Shown piece by piece: positions 18,648-28,497 of a stretch of 64,000 bases of DNA. The position numbers and the translations under genes are program-made. The notes under the pieces were generated by a model. It was given only the letters and a program-made list of their open reading frames with translations. It did not search any database and was not told the origin of the DNA. The stretch covers positions 107-64,106 of the forward strand of contig JAGFIZ010000047.1 in assembly GCA_024103135.1 (NCBI GenBank), read 5' to 3'. Position 1 is the stretch's first letter, and every line of letters begins with the position of its first letter. This DNA comes from Bradyrhizobiaceae bacterium (GTDB taxonomy: Bacteria > Bacteroidota > Ignavibacteria > Kapaibacteriales > Kapaibacteriaceae).

Positions 18648-19346
18648 ATGAGATCAGACACCACGATCACCGCTCCCGGAATTGGTGCCAGTCAAAGAGC
18701 AATGTTGATTGCATTAAAGCGGTTCGGCGAGGCTACGTTGGGCGAGGTTGAGACTACCGTGCACATTGCACCAGAGACAGTGTGCAGTCACATGCAGGCA
18801 CTGGTGGCACAAGGATTGGTGACGAGGAGCGGATTAAAGCGTTCTGGTCCCGGCAGACCACGCGTATGCTACCGACTCACCGAAGCAGGGGAAGCACTCT
18901 TCCCGCAGAAGCATAAGGAACTGCTTCAAGAACTGGCGGAGTATCTAACGCAGTCGGGACAGAGTGCTCTCCTCGAAGCATTCTTCGAGGCGCGGCTAAA
19001 ACGTAAACGAGCGGAAGCGGAACAAAGAATTGGAGCGATTGACCAAGCAGAACGCTTGGAACTGTTGGCGCGTATCCTTACGGAAGAAGGCTTTATCGCC
19101 GAGGTTGTAACGGAAGGCGGCGAGCAACAACTCCGCATCTGCCACTGTCCGCTGCGCGATCTCGTTAAGGTCACCCGTCTTCCATGCAGAGCCGAAATGT
19201 CGTTTGTTACCACTACGCTTGGCGCTGTTACCCACCGACATAGCTTCATCCCAGACGGTGCGCATGCTTGTACCTATACCATCATTCCACTAGCAGATCA
19301 CGAACAATCACATTCCAAGAAAAAATCCTCTCGGAGAGCAGTATGA
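18648..19346 (+). CDS. Winged-helix (ArsR/DeoR-like, COG2345-type) transcriptional regulator with a C-terminal Cys/His cluster (SufR-like putative Fe-S/metal sensor).
   Basis: N-terminal wHTH (QRAMLIALKRFGEATLGEVETTVHIAPETVCSHMQALVAQGLVTR). C-terminal ICHCPLRDLVKVTRLPC...HACTY. Confidence 0.5.
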   Translation: MRSDTTITAPGIGASQRAMLIALKRFGEATLGEVETTVHIAPETVCSHMQALVAQGLVTRSGLKRSGPGRPRVCYRLTEAGEALFPQKHKELLQELAEYLTQSGQSALLEAFFEARLKRKRAEAEQRIGAIDQAERLELLARILTEEGFIAEVVTEGGEQQLRICHCPLRDLVKVTRLPCRAEMSFVTTTLGAVTHRHSFIPDGAHACTYTIIPLADHEQSHSKKKSSRRAV

Positions 19347-20014
19347 ACATAACCTCAAATTCGCGTGTTGGCGAGATTGCTACCCAACACCCATTGTCGA
19401 CTAGAGTGTTTTCCAGACATGGTATCGACTTCTGCTGCGGTGGCGGCATGGCTCTGGCAGATGCCTGTGAGAAGCGCGGACTAGATACCGACGTGGTGAT
19501 CTCGGAGATCGAGCAAACAATGGCAGCCCCCGAAGCAAGTGCTGTAGAGCGGTGGGACAGCAAGCCAGTGGCCGAACTCGTCAACCACATCGTCAAACAG
19601 TACCACGAGCCCCTGCATGAAGAGTTACCTCGCCTGGAGGCGATGGTGCGCAAGGTGTATCGAGTCCATGGCGACAAAGAGCCCGTGATGCTCGGCTCAC
19701 TGCTCGAAACCTACCTACATCTAAAGGCTGAAGTCGACGAGCATCTCCGCGAGGAAGAAGAGGTCCTCTTCCCAGCCATCGTGGCCGGTAAGGACAAGCC
19801 AGCCCCGCTATTGAATGCCTTTGTTGACGACCACACATCTGTTGGTGCCGACCTCAAGCGTATACGCGAGATTACGGGCGACTTTGTGGTACCAGCAGCA
19901 GCATGTAATACGTGGACGGCATTGTGGCACGGGCTTGCAGCTCTTGAAACAGATCTTCATGAGCACATTCACCTCGAGAACAACGTGCTCTTCCCACGTG
20001 TAACAGCAGGATAA
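19343..20014 (+). CDS. ytfE: Iron-sulfur cluster repair di-iron protein (RIC/YtfE/ScdA family: ScdA_N + hemerythrin-like).
   Basis: The N-terminus VGEIATQHPLSTRVFSRHGIDFCCGG is the ScdA_N motif. Hemerythrin-like H/E motifs follow: HEPLHEE, HGDKEP, HLREEEEVLFP, LHEHIHLENNVLFPRV. The start was moved to MNITSN. Confidence 0.8.
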   Translation: MNITSNSRVGEIATQHPLSTRVFSRHGIDFCCGGGMALADACEKRGLDTDVVISEIEQTMAAPEASAVERWDSKPVAELVNHIVKQYHEPLHEELPRLEAMVRKVYRVHGDKEPVMLGSLLETYLHLKAEVDEHLREEEEVLFPAIVAGKDKPAPLLNAFVDDHTSVGADLKRIREITGDFVVPAAACNTWTALWHGLAALETDLHEHIHLENNVLFPRVTAG

Positions 20015-20019
20015 CCCAC

Positions 20020-20082
20020 CCTACGGGCACAAGGAGCAGCTTGGTTTCTAGTACCTTGCCAGGCTGCTCCCGTAGTGCCCAC
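20020..20082 (+). terminator. Stem-loop (possible terminator/attenuator) between ytfE and the DUF488 gene.
   Basis: GGAGCAGCTTGG ... CCAGGCTGCTCC (11/12 bp), flanked by an outer CCCTACGGG / CCCGTAG pairing. No U-tract follows. Confidence 0.3.
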
Positions 20083-20434
20083 TTTGACGATGCACATTCA
20101 GATTAAACGCGCCTACGACGCACCACAACATTCAGACGGTATGCGAGTGCTTGTGGATCGGCTCTGGCCACGAGGCATCACTAAGGAGCATGCAAGGGTC
20201 GACCTCTGGCTTAAAGACGTTGCCCCCTCAACGGAACTCAGGAAGTGGTTTGCACACGATGCTGCACGGTGGACTGAGTTCTGTAAGCGATACAAGAAGG
20301 AACTCCAACACAATCCAGCGTTTGCGGAGCTACAAGCCATCGCATCATCACAGGCAATTACCTTGGTTTACTCTGCCAAGGACAGTGAGCACAATCAAGC
20401 AGTGGTGCTCAAAGCACTGTTAGAACAACGTTAG
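20075..20434 (+). CDS. DUF488-family protein (YeaO-like).
   Basis: RVLVDRLWPRGITKE...LWLKDVAPSTELRKWF is the DUF488 core. Confidence 0.55.
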   Translation: MPTLTMHIQIKRAYDAPQHSDGMRVLVDRLWPRGITKEHARVDLWLKDVAPSTELRKWFAHDAARWTEFCKRYKKELQHNPAFAELQAIASSQAITLVYSAKDSEHNQAVVLKALLEQR

Positions 20435-20657
20435 TTGCAGGCAAGGCATGGCCTTCACCGTGTGCGAACGTCATGTCGTCGTTACCAAGCGCAAGTAGCA
20501 TGAGTAGTCGCCGACAAGGAATCTTAGCGAGCAAGAGGTTGTTGGTAAACCCTTTGAACGTACCAAGCCTTTCGATTTCCATGTACGCACCCAATAACGA
20601 TTGCTTGCCGTGGTTTGATGTTGTACACTTGCAACACATCACCACTTCAACACTACC

Positions 20658-21170
20658 ATGCCACGATATGCTGCCTTCCTTCGAGGTGTAAGCCCCACCA
20701 ATGCTACCATGCCTGCTCTGCGGAGCAGTGCCGAAGCAGCCGGCTTTACGAATGTCACAACCGTATTGGCGACAGGGAACATTCTGTTTGATTCGAGTAA
20801 GAAGTCCGAGTCGACATTGGCTGCACTACTCGAAGTACACCTACGCGAAACGTTGTCGCGTGACTTTCCGGTAATCGTTCGAAGCGTAGACTATCTTCAG
20901 GACATGCTCTCGTCAAAACCGTATGATGGATTCACCGTGCATCCGTCGGACAAACGTGTGGTCACCTTTCTTGCCAAACCGTTGACTCAACAACTATCCT
21001 TTCCGATTGAACAGGATGGCGCAAGGATACTCTGTGTGCGTGGAACGGAGGCATTTACCGTTTACACACCATCGCCCAACGGACCTGTGTTTATGAAGTT
21101 GCTCGAACGAACGTTCGGCAAGAGCATAACCACACGCACTTGGGATACGGTGATTAAGGTTGCCAAATAA
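20658..21170 (+). CDS. DUF1697-family protein.
   Basis: YAAFLRGVSPTNATMPALRSSAEAAGF...TVLATGNILF is the DUF1697 N-terminal pattern. Confidence 0.55.
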   Translation: MPRYAAFLRGVSPTNATMPALRSSAEAAGFTNVTTVLATGNILFDSSKKSESTLAALLEVHLRETLSRDFPVIVRSVDYLQDMLSSKPYDGFTVHPSDKRVVTFLAKPLTQQLSFPIEQDGARILCVRGTEAFTVYTPSPNGPVFMKLLERTFGKSITTRTWDTVIKVAK

Positions 21171-21174
21171 GAAA

Positions 21175-21205
21175 CGGGGATCGGTGCAAAGCACTGATCC
21201 CCGTC
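21175..21205. terminator. Bidirectional rho-independent terminator between the convergent DUF1697 gene and dnaK.
   Basis: GGGGATCGGTGC-AAA-GCACTGATCCCC: a 12-bp stem with one mismatch, followed by a T-rich run. Confidence 0.5.
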
Positions 21206-21266
21206 TTTGTTGAGTGTAGTAGGTGCAACTCCCGCATCACTCAGCGTATTGGCCGTGTAGGGTGGA

Positions 21267-23192
21267 CTACTTCTTGTCGTCGTCGACTACGGTGTAGTCT
21301 GCGTCTTCAACAGTAGACCCATCGCTTGCTGTGCTGTCCTGAGCATTACCTGCTTGTCCTGCAGCATCGGCACCTGCTTGCGCACCATCCTGTGATGCCT
21401 GTTGGTACATCTTGGTTGATGCCTCGCTCCACAATTCATTCAATGCATCCATTGCTGCACGAATGTCTGTTGGATTGTTCTTCGTTGCATCGGCAAGACG
21501 ATCCTTAGCCTTGATGATGCGATCCTTGGTGTCGAGATCCAACTTGTCTTCGAACTCCTTGAGTTGCTTCTCGGTGCTGTATACCAATGCATCTGCTTGG
21601 TTGCGGAGCTCGATTTCTTCCTTGCGTTTCTTGTCGTCTGCGGCATGATCTTGAGCTTCACGCTTCATGCGCTCAACTTCTGTCTTGTCTAGACCACTGG
21701 AACCAGTGATGCGAATGTTCTGCTCCTTACCGCTTGCCTTGTCCTTTGCCGTTACACTCAGGATACCATTGGCATCGATGTCGAACGTTACTTCGATCTG
21801 TGGGATACCACGTGGTGCTGGTGGAATGCCGTCAAGATGGAACTTGCCGAGAGTCTTGTTGTCGGCAGCCATTGGACGCTCGCCTTGGAGGACGTGGATC
21901 TCGACGCTTGGCTGGTTGTCGCTTGCAGTAGAGAAGGTCTCCGACTTGCGGTGTGGAATGGTTGTGTTTGAAGGAATCATCTGCGTCATCACACCACCCA
22001 TGGTTTCGATACCCAAGGATAGTGGCGTCACGTCAAGCAGCAACACGTCCTTCACATCGCCTGCCAACACGCCGCCTTGAATTGCAGCACCAACGGCAAC
22101 AACCTCGTCGGGGTTCACGCCGCGTGATGGATCCTTACCGAAGAAGTTCTTCACGATCTCCTGAATCTTAGGAATACGTGTCGAGCCCCCTACCAAAATC
22201 ACCTCGTCGATTTGCGATGGTGTAAGATTGGCATCGCGGAGTGCGATTTCGAGTGGCTTCAGACTTCTGTCGAACAGATCGGCGCAGAGCTTCTCGAATG
22301 TTGCTCGAGTGATGTTCACGTTCAGGTGCTTCGGACCGTCCTGTGTTGCCGTAATGAATGGCAGATTAACGTCGGTCTGCAGCATCTGGCTGAGCTCGAT
22401 CTTGGCCTTCTCTGCAGCTTCACGCAGACGCTGAAGGGCCATCGGATCCTTGCGAAGGTCGATCCCTTCTTGCTTCTGGAATTCTGCTGCAAGATGGTCA
22501 ATGAGTCGCTGGTCGAAGTTATCTCCACCAAGGTGTGTATCGCCATTGGTGCTCTTTACTTCGAAGACGCCTTCACCGATTTCCAGTACCGAGATGTCGA
22601 ACGTACCACCACCAAGGTCATACACGGCCACGGTCTGGTTCTGTCCCTTCTTGTCGAGACCATAAGCAAGAGCTGCTGCCGTTGGCTCGTTGATGATTCG
22701 GCGGACAGTGAGTCCGGCGATTTCGCCAGCATCCTTTGTTGCCTGACGTTGAGCATCGTTGAAGTATGCAGGAACGGTAACCACCGCTTCGGTGATCTTC
22801 TCGCCCAGATAATCTTCTGCCGTCTGCTTCATCTTTTGCAGAATCATGGCGCTGATCTCTGGTGGCGAATAGTGCCTACCATCGATGTCAACACGAGCAG
22901 TGTTGTTTTCGCCTGCAACGACCTTGTAGGGGACGGCTTTTGCTTCGTCGGTGACTTCGTTCATCTGCCGACCCATGAAGCGCTTGATCGAGTAGACGGT
23001 GTTGTGTGGGTTGGTTACGGCCTGACGTTTTGCGGCCTGACCCACGAGGCGCTCACCGCTCTTGGTGAACGCTACGACCGAGGGCGTGGTACGCAAGCCT
23101 TCTGCGCTTGCGATCACGATTGGCTGAGCCCCCTCCATGACCGACACAACGGAGTTCGTTGTGCCAAGGTCGATTCCAATAATTTTTCCCAT
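21267..23192 (-). CDS. dnaK: Molecular chaperone DnaK (Hsp70).
   Basis: [18 protein letters not shown]..., [13 protein letters not shown], and full-length similarity to Hsp70. Confidence 0.97.
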   Translation of the reverse strand: MGKIIGIDLGTTNSVVSVMEGAQPIVIASAEGLRTTPSVVAFTKSGERLVGQAAKRQAVTNPHNTVYSIKRFMGRQMNEVTDEAKAVPYKVVAGENNTARVDIDGRHYSPPEISAMILQKMKQTAEDYLGEKITEAVVTVPAYFNDAQRQATKDAGEIAGLTVRRIINEPTAAALAYGLDKKGQNQTVAVYDLGGGTFDISVLEIGEGVFEVKSTNGDTHLGGDNFDQRLIDHLAAEFQKQEGIDLRKDPMALQRLREAAEKAKIELSQMLQTDVNLPFITATQDGPKHLNVNITRATFEKLCADLFDRSLKPLEIALRDANLTPSQIDEVILVGGSTRIPKIQEIVKNFFGKDPSRGVNPDEVVAVGAAIQGGVLAGDVKDVLLLDVTPLSLGIETMGGVMTQMIPSNTTIPHRKSETFSTASDNQPSVEIHVLQGERPMAADNKTLGKFHLDGIPPAPRGIPQIEVTFDIDANGILSVTAKDKASGKEQNIRITGSSGLDKTEVERMKREAQDHAADDKKRKEEIELRNQADALVYSTEKQLKEFEDKLDLDTKDRIIKAKDRLADATKNNPTDIRAAMDALNELWSEASTKMYQQASQDGAQAGADAAGQAGNAQDSTASDGSTVEDADYTVVDDDKK

Positions 23193-23267
23193 TGTTTTCT
23201 TGTTGTTAGTTGCTGTGTTGTGAATTACGGGAGTTGCACGATTGATTGACTGATACCGATAATGTGG

Positions 23268-23708
23268 TTACTGGATCGTAACCTCTAGTTCGCGTGGTTT
23301 GGCTGGCTCCTTCTTGGCAATTGCTACCGTGAGCACGCCGTTGTCGAACGATGCCTTGATCGAGTCGGTGTCCAGGTTGTCTGCTAAGCCAAAAGAGCGC
23401 GCGAAACTACCATACCGACGTTCAATGCGCATGTAGTTTTTGTCTTCCTGCTTTTCTTCACGCTTCTTCTCGCCGCGAATCGTAAGCACCTTGTCATCAC
23501 TCACGGTGATCTTTACTGCTTCCTTTGGAATGCCAGGGAGCTCTGCATGGAACATCACACCCTTGTCGTCTTCCGTTACATCAACACGTGGCGAAAAATC
23601 ACCCATCTCGAAGGCAAAGCCTCCGCGCTGCATTTGGTCGAAGACATCGTTTACACGCCGCGATACTTGCTCGAAACCGCGGAACGGATCAACCTTGATA
23701 ATACCCAT
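23268..23708 (-). CDS. Small heat-shock protein (Hsp20/alpha-crystallin family).
   Basis: Alpha-crystallin domain: SPRVDVTEDDKGVMFHAELPGIPKEAVKITV...SFDNGVLTVAIAKKE. It lies 75 bp upstream of dnaK on the same strand. Confidence 0.9.
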   Translation of the reverse strand: MGIIKVDPFRGFEQVSRRVNDVFDQMQRGGFAFEMGDFSPRVDVTEDDKGVMFHAELPGIPKEAVKITVSDDKVLTIRGEKKREEKQEDKNYMRIERRYGSFARSFGLADNLDTDSIKASFDNGVLTVAIAKKEPAKPRELEVTIQ

Positions 23709-23816
23709 TGTGGGACTCCTATGTGATTGTGATAAGAAAATCGTTGTTGACTCATGGTGAACGTGGTACTAACTACGTCCACATACCCCTTGCCATGGAA
23801 AAGCATGCCAAAATGG

Positions 23817-23888
23817 AAAATGCGCCAAAATGACGCATTTTACCGTAAAGCGTTGCCAGATAAGCAGTAAGTAGCGCCATAATGACGC
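23817..23888 (-). promoter_or_regulatory. Two copies of a 15-mer (GCGCCAAAATGACGC and GCGCCATAATGACGC, 52 bp apart), the first embedded in an 8-9-8 inverted repeat AAAATGCG-N9-CGCATTTT. Candidate operator upstream of hsp20-dnaK.
   Basis: Seen directly at 23822-23836 and 23874-23888. The palindrome is at 23817-23841. They lie 110-180 bp upstream of the hsp20 start. Confidence 0.3.
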
Positions 23889-24042
23889 TTTGCCGTTCTT
23901 TTCGGCATACCTGTCTGCCATATTGCAGGAATGGCATACGGACACGTCGGTACCGACACCGTAGGAGTTTTGGGTGGAAGGGGGCGATGTAGTCAGCTGG
24001 GAATGTCCACCAGACCGTGGTATAGGATCCGTCGGACTACGC

Positions 24043-24627
24043 TTATGGAAGGCGTCGTGCGCCCAGGTACCGTGGCTTCCAGTACGGGTCGGACAATTCC
24101 GAGATGATCACACCGCTCGATGTAGAGCTGTGGATGAAGGAGTTGTGGCCGAGGTAGAGGCCAACGTGGCTGACCTTGTTGGGTGAGGTAGCAAAGAAGA
24201 CAAGGTCGGCAGTTTCCAGGTCATCAAGGTCAACAGGTGTACCAAGCTTGTACAATTCACTCGTCGTTCGCGGTATGCTTATGCCGGCACTAAGGAAGCA
24301 ATACTGCAAGAAGCCGCTACAGTCAAAGCAGTCGGGGGTGTTGCCGGCATAGCAATAGGGCGTGCCTCTCAAGTCTGCAGCTTGCTCCAGCACAGCATCG
24401 AGCTTTTCGTTTCCCGTTGATTGAAATACCGACGAGCTTGAACAGGCAACAGTACCAACGGTCACCACGAACACCATTAACAATCGTAGTGCTGTTTGCA
24501 CGATACCATGGCGCTGCATCGAAGCAGGATGCATAGCTCGACAAGGTGTAGGATGGTTCGCAGTCCACAACCAAGGGTTTGCCTTATCAAGGCAGGCGTA
24601 CCACTTCATTTTGCAGTTGCCATTCAT
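24043..24627 (-). CDS. NlpC/P60 (C40) family peptidoglycan peptidase, likely a lipoprotein.
   Basis: Catalytic Cys context DCSGFLQYCF and the His region SHVGLYLGHNSFIHSS. A lipobox-like VGTVAC is present. Confidence 0.8.
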   Translation of the reverse strand: MNGNCKMKWYACLDKANPWLWTANHPTPCRAMHPASMQRHGIVQTALRLLMVFVVTVGTVACSSSSVFQSTGNEKLDAVLEQAADLRGTPYCYAGNTPDCFDCSGFLQYCFLSAGISIPRTTSELYKLGTPVDLDDLETADLVFFATSPNKVSHVGLYLGHNSFIHSSTSSGVIISELSDPYWKPRYLGARRLP

Positions 24628-24636
24628 ACCATGGCG

Positions 24637-25620
24637 TTACGATTGCTTGTCAGCACCCGCCTTGACGGCCTCTGGCTTGTAGGGAAATACCAATGATGCA
24701 ACGATGCTCAAGCCAAGGATGACGGCGATGACGATGAGGGCTGCTTCCACAGGTACGTGCCACCATGGCTGGATGAACATCTTTACGCCAATGAACGTGA
24801 GGATGACGCTCAACCCGTACTTGAGGTAGTGGAAGAGGTTCATCACGCCGGCGACGGCGAAGAACATCGACCGTAGACCCATGACGGCAAAGATGTTGCT
24901 TGTGAAGACGATGAACGGATCCTTGGTGACGGCGAAGATGGCCGGTATCGAGTCGACGGCAAAGATCAGGTCCGTTGCTTCGATCGTCAGCAACACCAAA
25001 AACAACGGCGTCCAATGCCATTGACGGTTCTTTACTACACGAAAACGCTCTTGGTAGTATTCGTCGGTAACACGAAGGAACTTTCTGGCAAAGCGCACGA
25101 CAACGTTGTTGCCAACATCTTCCGTCTCACCGGAAGAAAAGGCCATCTTGATACCAGTAAACACCAGGAAGGCACCAAAGACAAAGTAGATCCACGAGAA
25201 TGCAGAAATCAAGGCCGCACCAACGGCAATCATGATCCCTCTCATCACGATGGCACCGATGATGCCCCAGAACAGCACCTTGTGGTGGTACTGGGGAGCA
25301 ACCTTGAAATACCGGAGAATCAGGATTATGACAAAGATGTTGTCAACCGAGAGCGACTGCTCCAACAAGTACCCGGCAAAGAACTCCGTTGCTGCCTGCG
25401 GTCCCTCCAGATAGTATACGAGGACGTTGAAACCCAAGGCCAACGTAACCCAGAAAGCGCTCCACCCAAGGGCAGCACCTACGGTAACCACCTTTGGTGA
25501 CTTGTTGAAGACTCCTAGGTCCAACGCCAGCAGGATGGCAACCAAAACAAGGAAACCAACAAAGAGCCAGATCTCATTCAAGAACATTGTAATCCTGACA
25601 GTGTTTGGCAAAACTACCAA
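24637..25620 (-). CDS. TerC-family integral membrane protein.
   Basis: LSVDNIFVIILIL and repeated TerC helices (EATDLIFAVDSIPAIFAVT). Confidence 0.8.
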   Translation of the reverse strand: MVVLPNTVRITMFLNEIWLFVGFLVLVAILLALDLGVFNKSPKVVTVGAALGWSAFWVTLALGFNVLVYYLEGPQAATEFFAGYLLEQSLSVDNIFVIILILRYFKVAPQYHHKVLFWGIIGAIVMRGIMIAVGAALISAFSWIYFVFGAFLVFTGIKMAFSSGETEDVGNNVVVRFARKFLRVTDEYYQERFRVVKNRQWHWTPLFLVLLTIEATDLIFAVDSIPAIFAVTKDPFIVFTSNIFAVMGLRSMFFAVAGVMNLFHYLKYGLSVILTFIGVKMFIQPWWHVPVEAALIVIAVILGLSIVASLVFPYKPEAVKAGADKQS

Positions 25621-25635
25621 TGCCTAACTTGGTAC

Positions 25636-28485
25636 ATGGCACGACCGATCATTCTTATTGACGGGTTCTCACTCGTCTTCCGAGCTTATCATGCGATGTC
25701 GCGTACCGGCATGCAAACCCCAACGGGCGAACCAACCTTTGCCGTATTCGCCTTTGCTAACATTCTTGCGGGCATCCTGGACAAGCAGCAGCCAGAGAAT
25801 ATCGCTGTTGCCTTCGACACCTCGGCGCCAACGTTCCGTCATGAAGAATACGACCAGTACAAAGCCAATCGCGATGCTTTCCCCGAAGACCTTGTGCCGC
25901 AACTGGCGCGAATCAAGACATTGATTGATGCCCTAGGTATTCGTCGACTGGAAATGCCGGGCTACGAAGCCGACGACGTAATCGGCACTCTTGCAAGAAG
26001 GGAGAGCGAAGCTGGCAATACCGTGCTATGCGTAACGAGTGACAAGGACTACTTTCAGCTTGTGAACGACAAGGTGAACATCCTTCGTCCAGGGAAGGAT
26101 CCGGGAACGTACGATAAGTACGATGCTGCCAAGGTGCTGGAGAAGTTCGGTGTCGGCCCGGAACACGTCATCGACGTCCTGGCCTTGATGGGTGATGCCG
26201 TCGACAACGTCCCTGGCGTCAAAGGAATTGGCGAGAAGACGGCAATACCACTCATTCAAAAGCATGGTTCGTTGGAGAATCTGTACGACAATCTCGAGTC
26301 GATAGACAAAGCCTCGGTGAAGAAGAAGCTCGAAGAATCACGTGACCTTGCCTTCCTTTCCAAGAAGCTTGTGACCATTCATACAGAAGTGCCTGTCGAC
26401 GTTAACCACGCAGACCTTCAACGATCCGAAATCCAGTTTGAGCATGTAGACGCATTATGTCAGGAGCTTGGCTTCACCACGCTCCGTCATCGCTTCCGTC
26501 AGCTCGCCGCTGCACAAGGAGTTCAACTACCGGAGAGCGACTTCCTGGAGCGTTCTGCTGCCCTCGGGAATCGGACGCTAGTTGATGATGCAGAAAGTGC
26601 CGAGCCAACAGAGACTAGCGCAGCACTCGACACGGTACATACCGTTGCTCACGACTACACACTGGTCGACACAGAAGGCGGCTTGACAGCCATGCTTGCC
26701 GAGCTTGGAACACCACAATGGCTAAGCGTCGACCTCGAAACCACAGGTCTCGATGCCATGCAATGCGCCATTGTTGGTATTGCACTTTGTGCCGTGGAGG
26801 GCAAGTCGTTCTACATCGACGTCGACGACCGTTCCGACAGTACAGGCGACACACTCTTTGAAACACATGCCGACCGACATGGTCTGCCCGTAGCCGACGT
26901 GATACGCCTGCTTAAGCCCCTTCTCACCAATCCTCACATCGGAAAGGTCGGACAAAACCTCAAGTATGACTCCTTGGTACTTCGCCGGTATGATGTTGTC
27001 CTCGAGCCAATTGCATTCGACACCATGCTAGCCAGCTACATCCTAAACGCCGACATGCCGCACAATCTTGATGCGTTGGCCGAGCGCTGGATGAACTACA
27101 AGCCGATTTCAATCACCACACTAATTGGCGAAAAGAAGGGGGCACAACGCAGCATGCGCGATGTAGACCCCTCGGTAGTAGCTGAGTATGCAGCCGAGGA
27201 TGCCGACGTCGCACTCAAGCTTGCCAACATCCTCAAACCTCGCCTTGAAGATCAAGGGTTGATGAATCTTGCCACCTCAATCGAATTCCCAACCGAGGAG
27301 ACACTGGTCCACATCGAACACACCGGCGTGTTTATTGATAAAGGGGCTCTGGCAAGCTTGGGTGACTACATGCGTGATGAGTCAACGCGACTTGAGAAGG
27401 AGATTTATGCCGAGGCGGGTGAGTCGTTTACGATCAACTCGCCCAAGCAACTCGGTGAAGTCCTCTTCGACAAGATGATGTTGCCTGGCAAGAAGAAAAC
27501 CAAGACGGGATATAGCACCGATGTTAGCGTGCTTACCGAGCTCGCCGATAAGTATCCCATCGCGCAGTTGGTACTGGATTACCGACAGGTTGAGAAACTT
27601 CGTTCTACCTACGTCGACGCACTACCGCGACTGATCAACCCACGTACGGGAAGAGTGCATACATCGTTCAATCAGACCGTTGCGGCAACCGGCAGACTAA
27701 GTAGTACCGATCCCAACCTTCAGAACATCCCAGTACGTACAGAGCTGGGTCAGCAAATCCGCAAGGCCTTCGTTCCCCAACATCCCGATAGCGTAATCCT
27801 TTCGGCAGACTACTCGCAAATCGAGTTGCGCATCATGGCGGCTGTCTCACAGGACGAGAATCTCATACAGGCCTTCCACCAAGGCGAAGACGTCCACAAG
27901 GCCACGGCCGCAGTACTATTTGATGTGCCGATTGCCGAGGTGACTACGGAACAACGACGCATTGCAAAGACAACCAACTTTGGCATCATGTACGGACAAG
28001 GTGCCTTTGGACTGGCACAACGACTGGGAATCTCCCGTCATGAAGGCCAAGCCATAATCGACAACTACTTTGGCAAGTACGGTGGCATAAAGCGATTCAT
28101 CGAAGAAACCATTGCCACGACCAGGGACAGGGGATATACGGAAACGTTATGCGGACGTCGACGATACTTTCCACTGATCAATAGCAACAACAAGGCCTTG
28201 CAGGCAGGTGCCGAGCGAGCTTGCATCAACACGCCGATACAAGGTACAGCGGCCGACATGATGAAGCTCGCCATGATCAACGTGCATCGTCGGATGCAAC
28301 GCGAGAACAGTCCTGCCCTGATGATGCTCCAGGTTCATGACGAATTGCTCTTCGAAGTGCGAACGGCCGATCTTGAAGCACTTCGCCTGCTCGTCACGGA
28401 GGAGATGCAGAATGCCCTTCCTCTAAAAAATGTACCGGTGTTAGTTGAAACAGGATTCGGATCTTCGTGGTTTGAAGCACATTAA
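25636..28485 (+). CDS. polA: DNA polymerase I.
   Basis: 5'-3' exonuclease N-terminus, a 3'-5' exo domain, and the polymerase motifs (DYSQIELR, HDEL..., QGTAADMMKLAM). Confidence 0.95.
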   Translation: MARPIILIDGFSLVFRAYHAMSRTGMQTPTGEPTFAVFAFANILAGILDKQQPENIAVAFDTSAPTFRHEEYDQYKANRDAFPEDLVPQLARIKTLIDALGIRRLEMPGYEADDVIGTLARRESEAGNTVLCVTSDKDYFQLVNDKVNILRPGKDPGTYDKYDAAKVLEKFGVGPEHVIDVLALMGDAVDNVPGVKGIGEKTAIPLIQKHGSLENLYDNLESIDKASVKKKLEESRDLAFLSKKLVTIHTEVPVDVNHADLQRSEIQFEHVDALCQELGFTTLRHRFRQLAAAQGVQLPESDFLERSAALGNRTLVDDAESAEPTETSAALDTVHTVAHDYTLVDTEGGLTAMLAELGTPQWLSVDLETTGLDAMQCAIVGIALCAVEGKSFYIDVDDRSDSTGDTLFETHADRHGLPVADVIRLLKPLLTNPHIGKVGQNLKYDSLVLRRYDVVLEPIAFDTMLASYILNADMPHNLDALAERWMNYKPISITTLIGEKKGAQRSMRDVDPSVVAEYAAEDADVALKLANILKPRLEDQGLMNLATSIEFPTEETLVHIEHTGVFIDKGALASLGDYMRDESTRLEKEIYAEAGESFTINSPKQLGEVLFDKMMLPGKKKTKTGYSTDVSVLTELADKYPIAQLVLDYRQVEKLRSTYVDALPRLINPRTGRVHTSFNQTVAATGRLSSTDPNLQNIPVRTELGQQIRKAFVPQHPDSVILSADYSQIELRIMAAVSQDENLIQAFHQGEDVHKATAAVLFDVPIAEVTTEQRRIAKTTNFGIMYGQGAFGLAQRLGISRHEGQAIIDNYFGKYGGIKRFIEETIATTRDRGYTETLCGRRRYFPLINSNNKALQAGAERACINTPIQGTAADMMKLAMINVHRRMQRENSPALMMLQVHDELLFEVRTADLEALRLLVTEEMQNALPLKNVPVLVETGFGSSWFEAH

Positions 28486-28497
28486 CCCAACACCTCC

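Noticed and set aside
19915-19935. TGGCACGGGCTTGCA resembling a sigma-54 -24/-12 promoter.
   Set aside because: The GG-to-GC spacing is one nucleotide too short. The element lies inside the ytfE coding sequence, with no downstream gene start.
22212-23249. 345-aa ORF on the plus strand, antisense to dnaK.
   Set aside because: It lies wholly inside the dnaK coding region on the opposite strand. Its composition is the mirror of a highly expressed GC-rich gene. Long antisense ORFs opposite dnaK are a known artefact of codon structure.
23880-23950. TGGCAG-N5-TATGC on the minus strand upstream of hsp20 as a sigma-54 promoter.
   Set aside because: The spacing is one nucleotide too long and the -12 element is TATGC, not TTGC.
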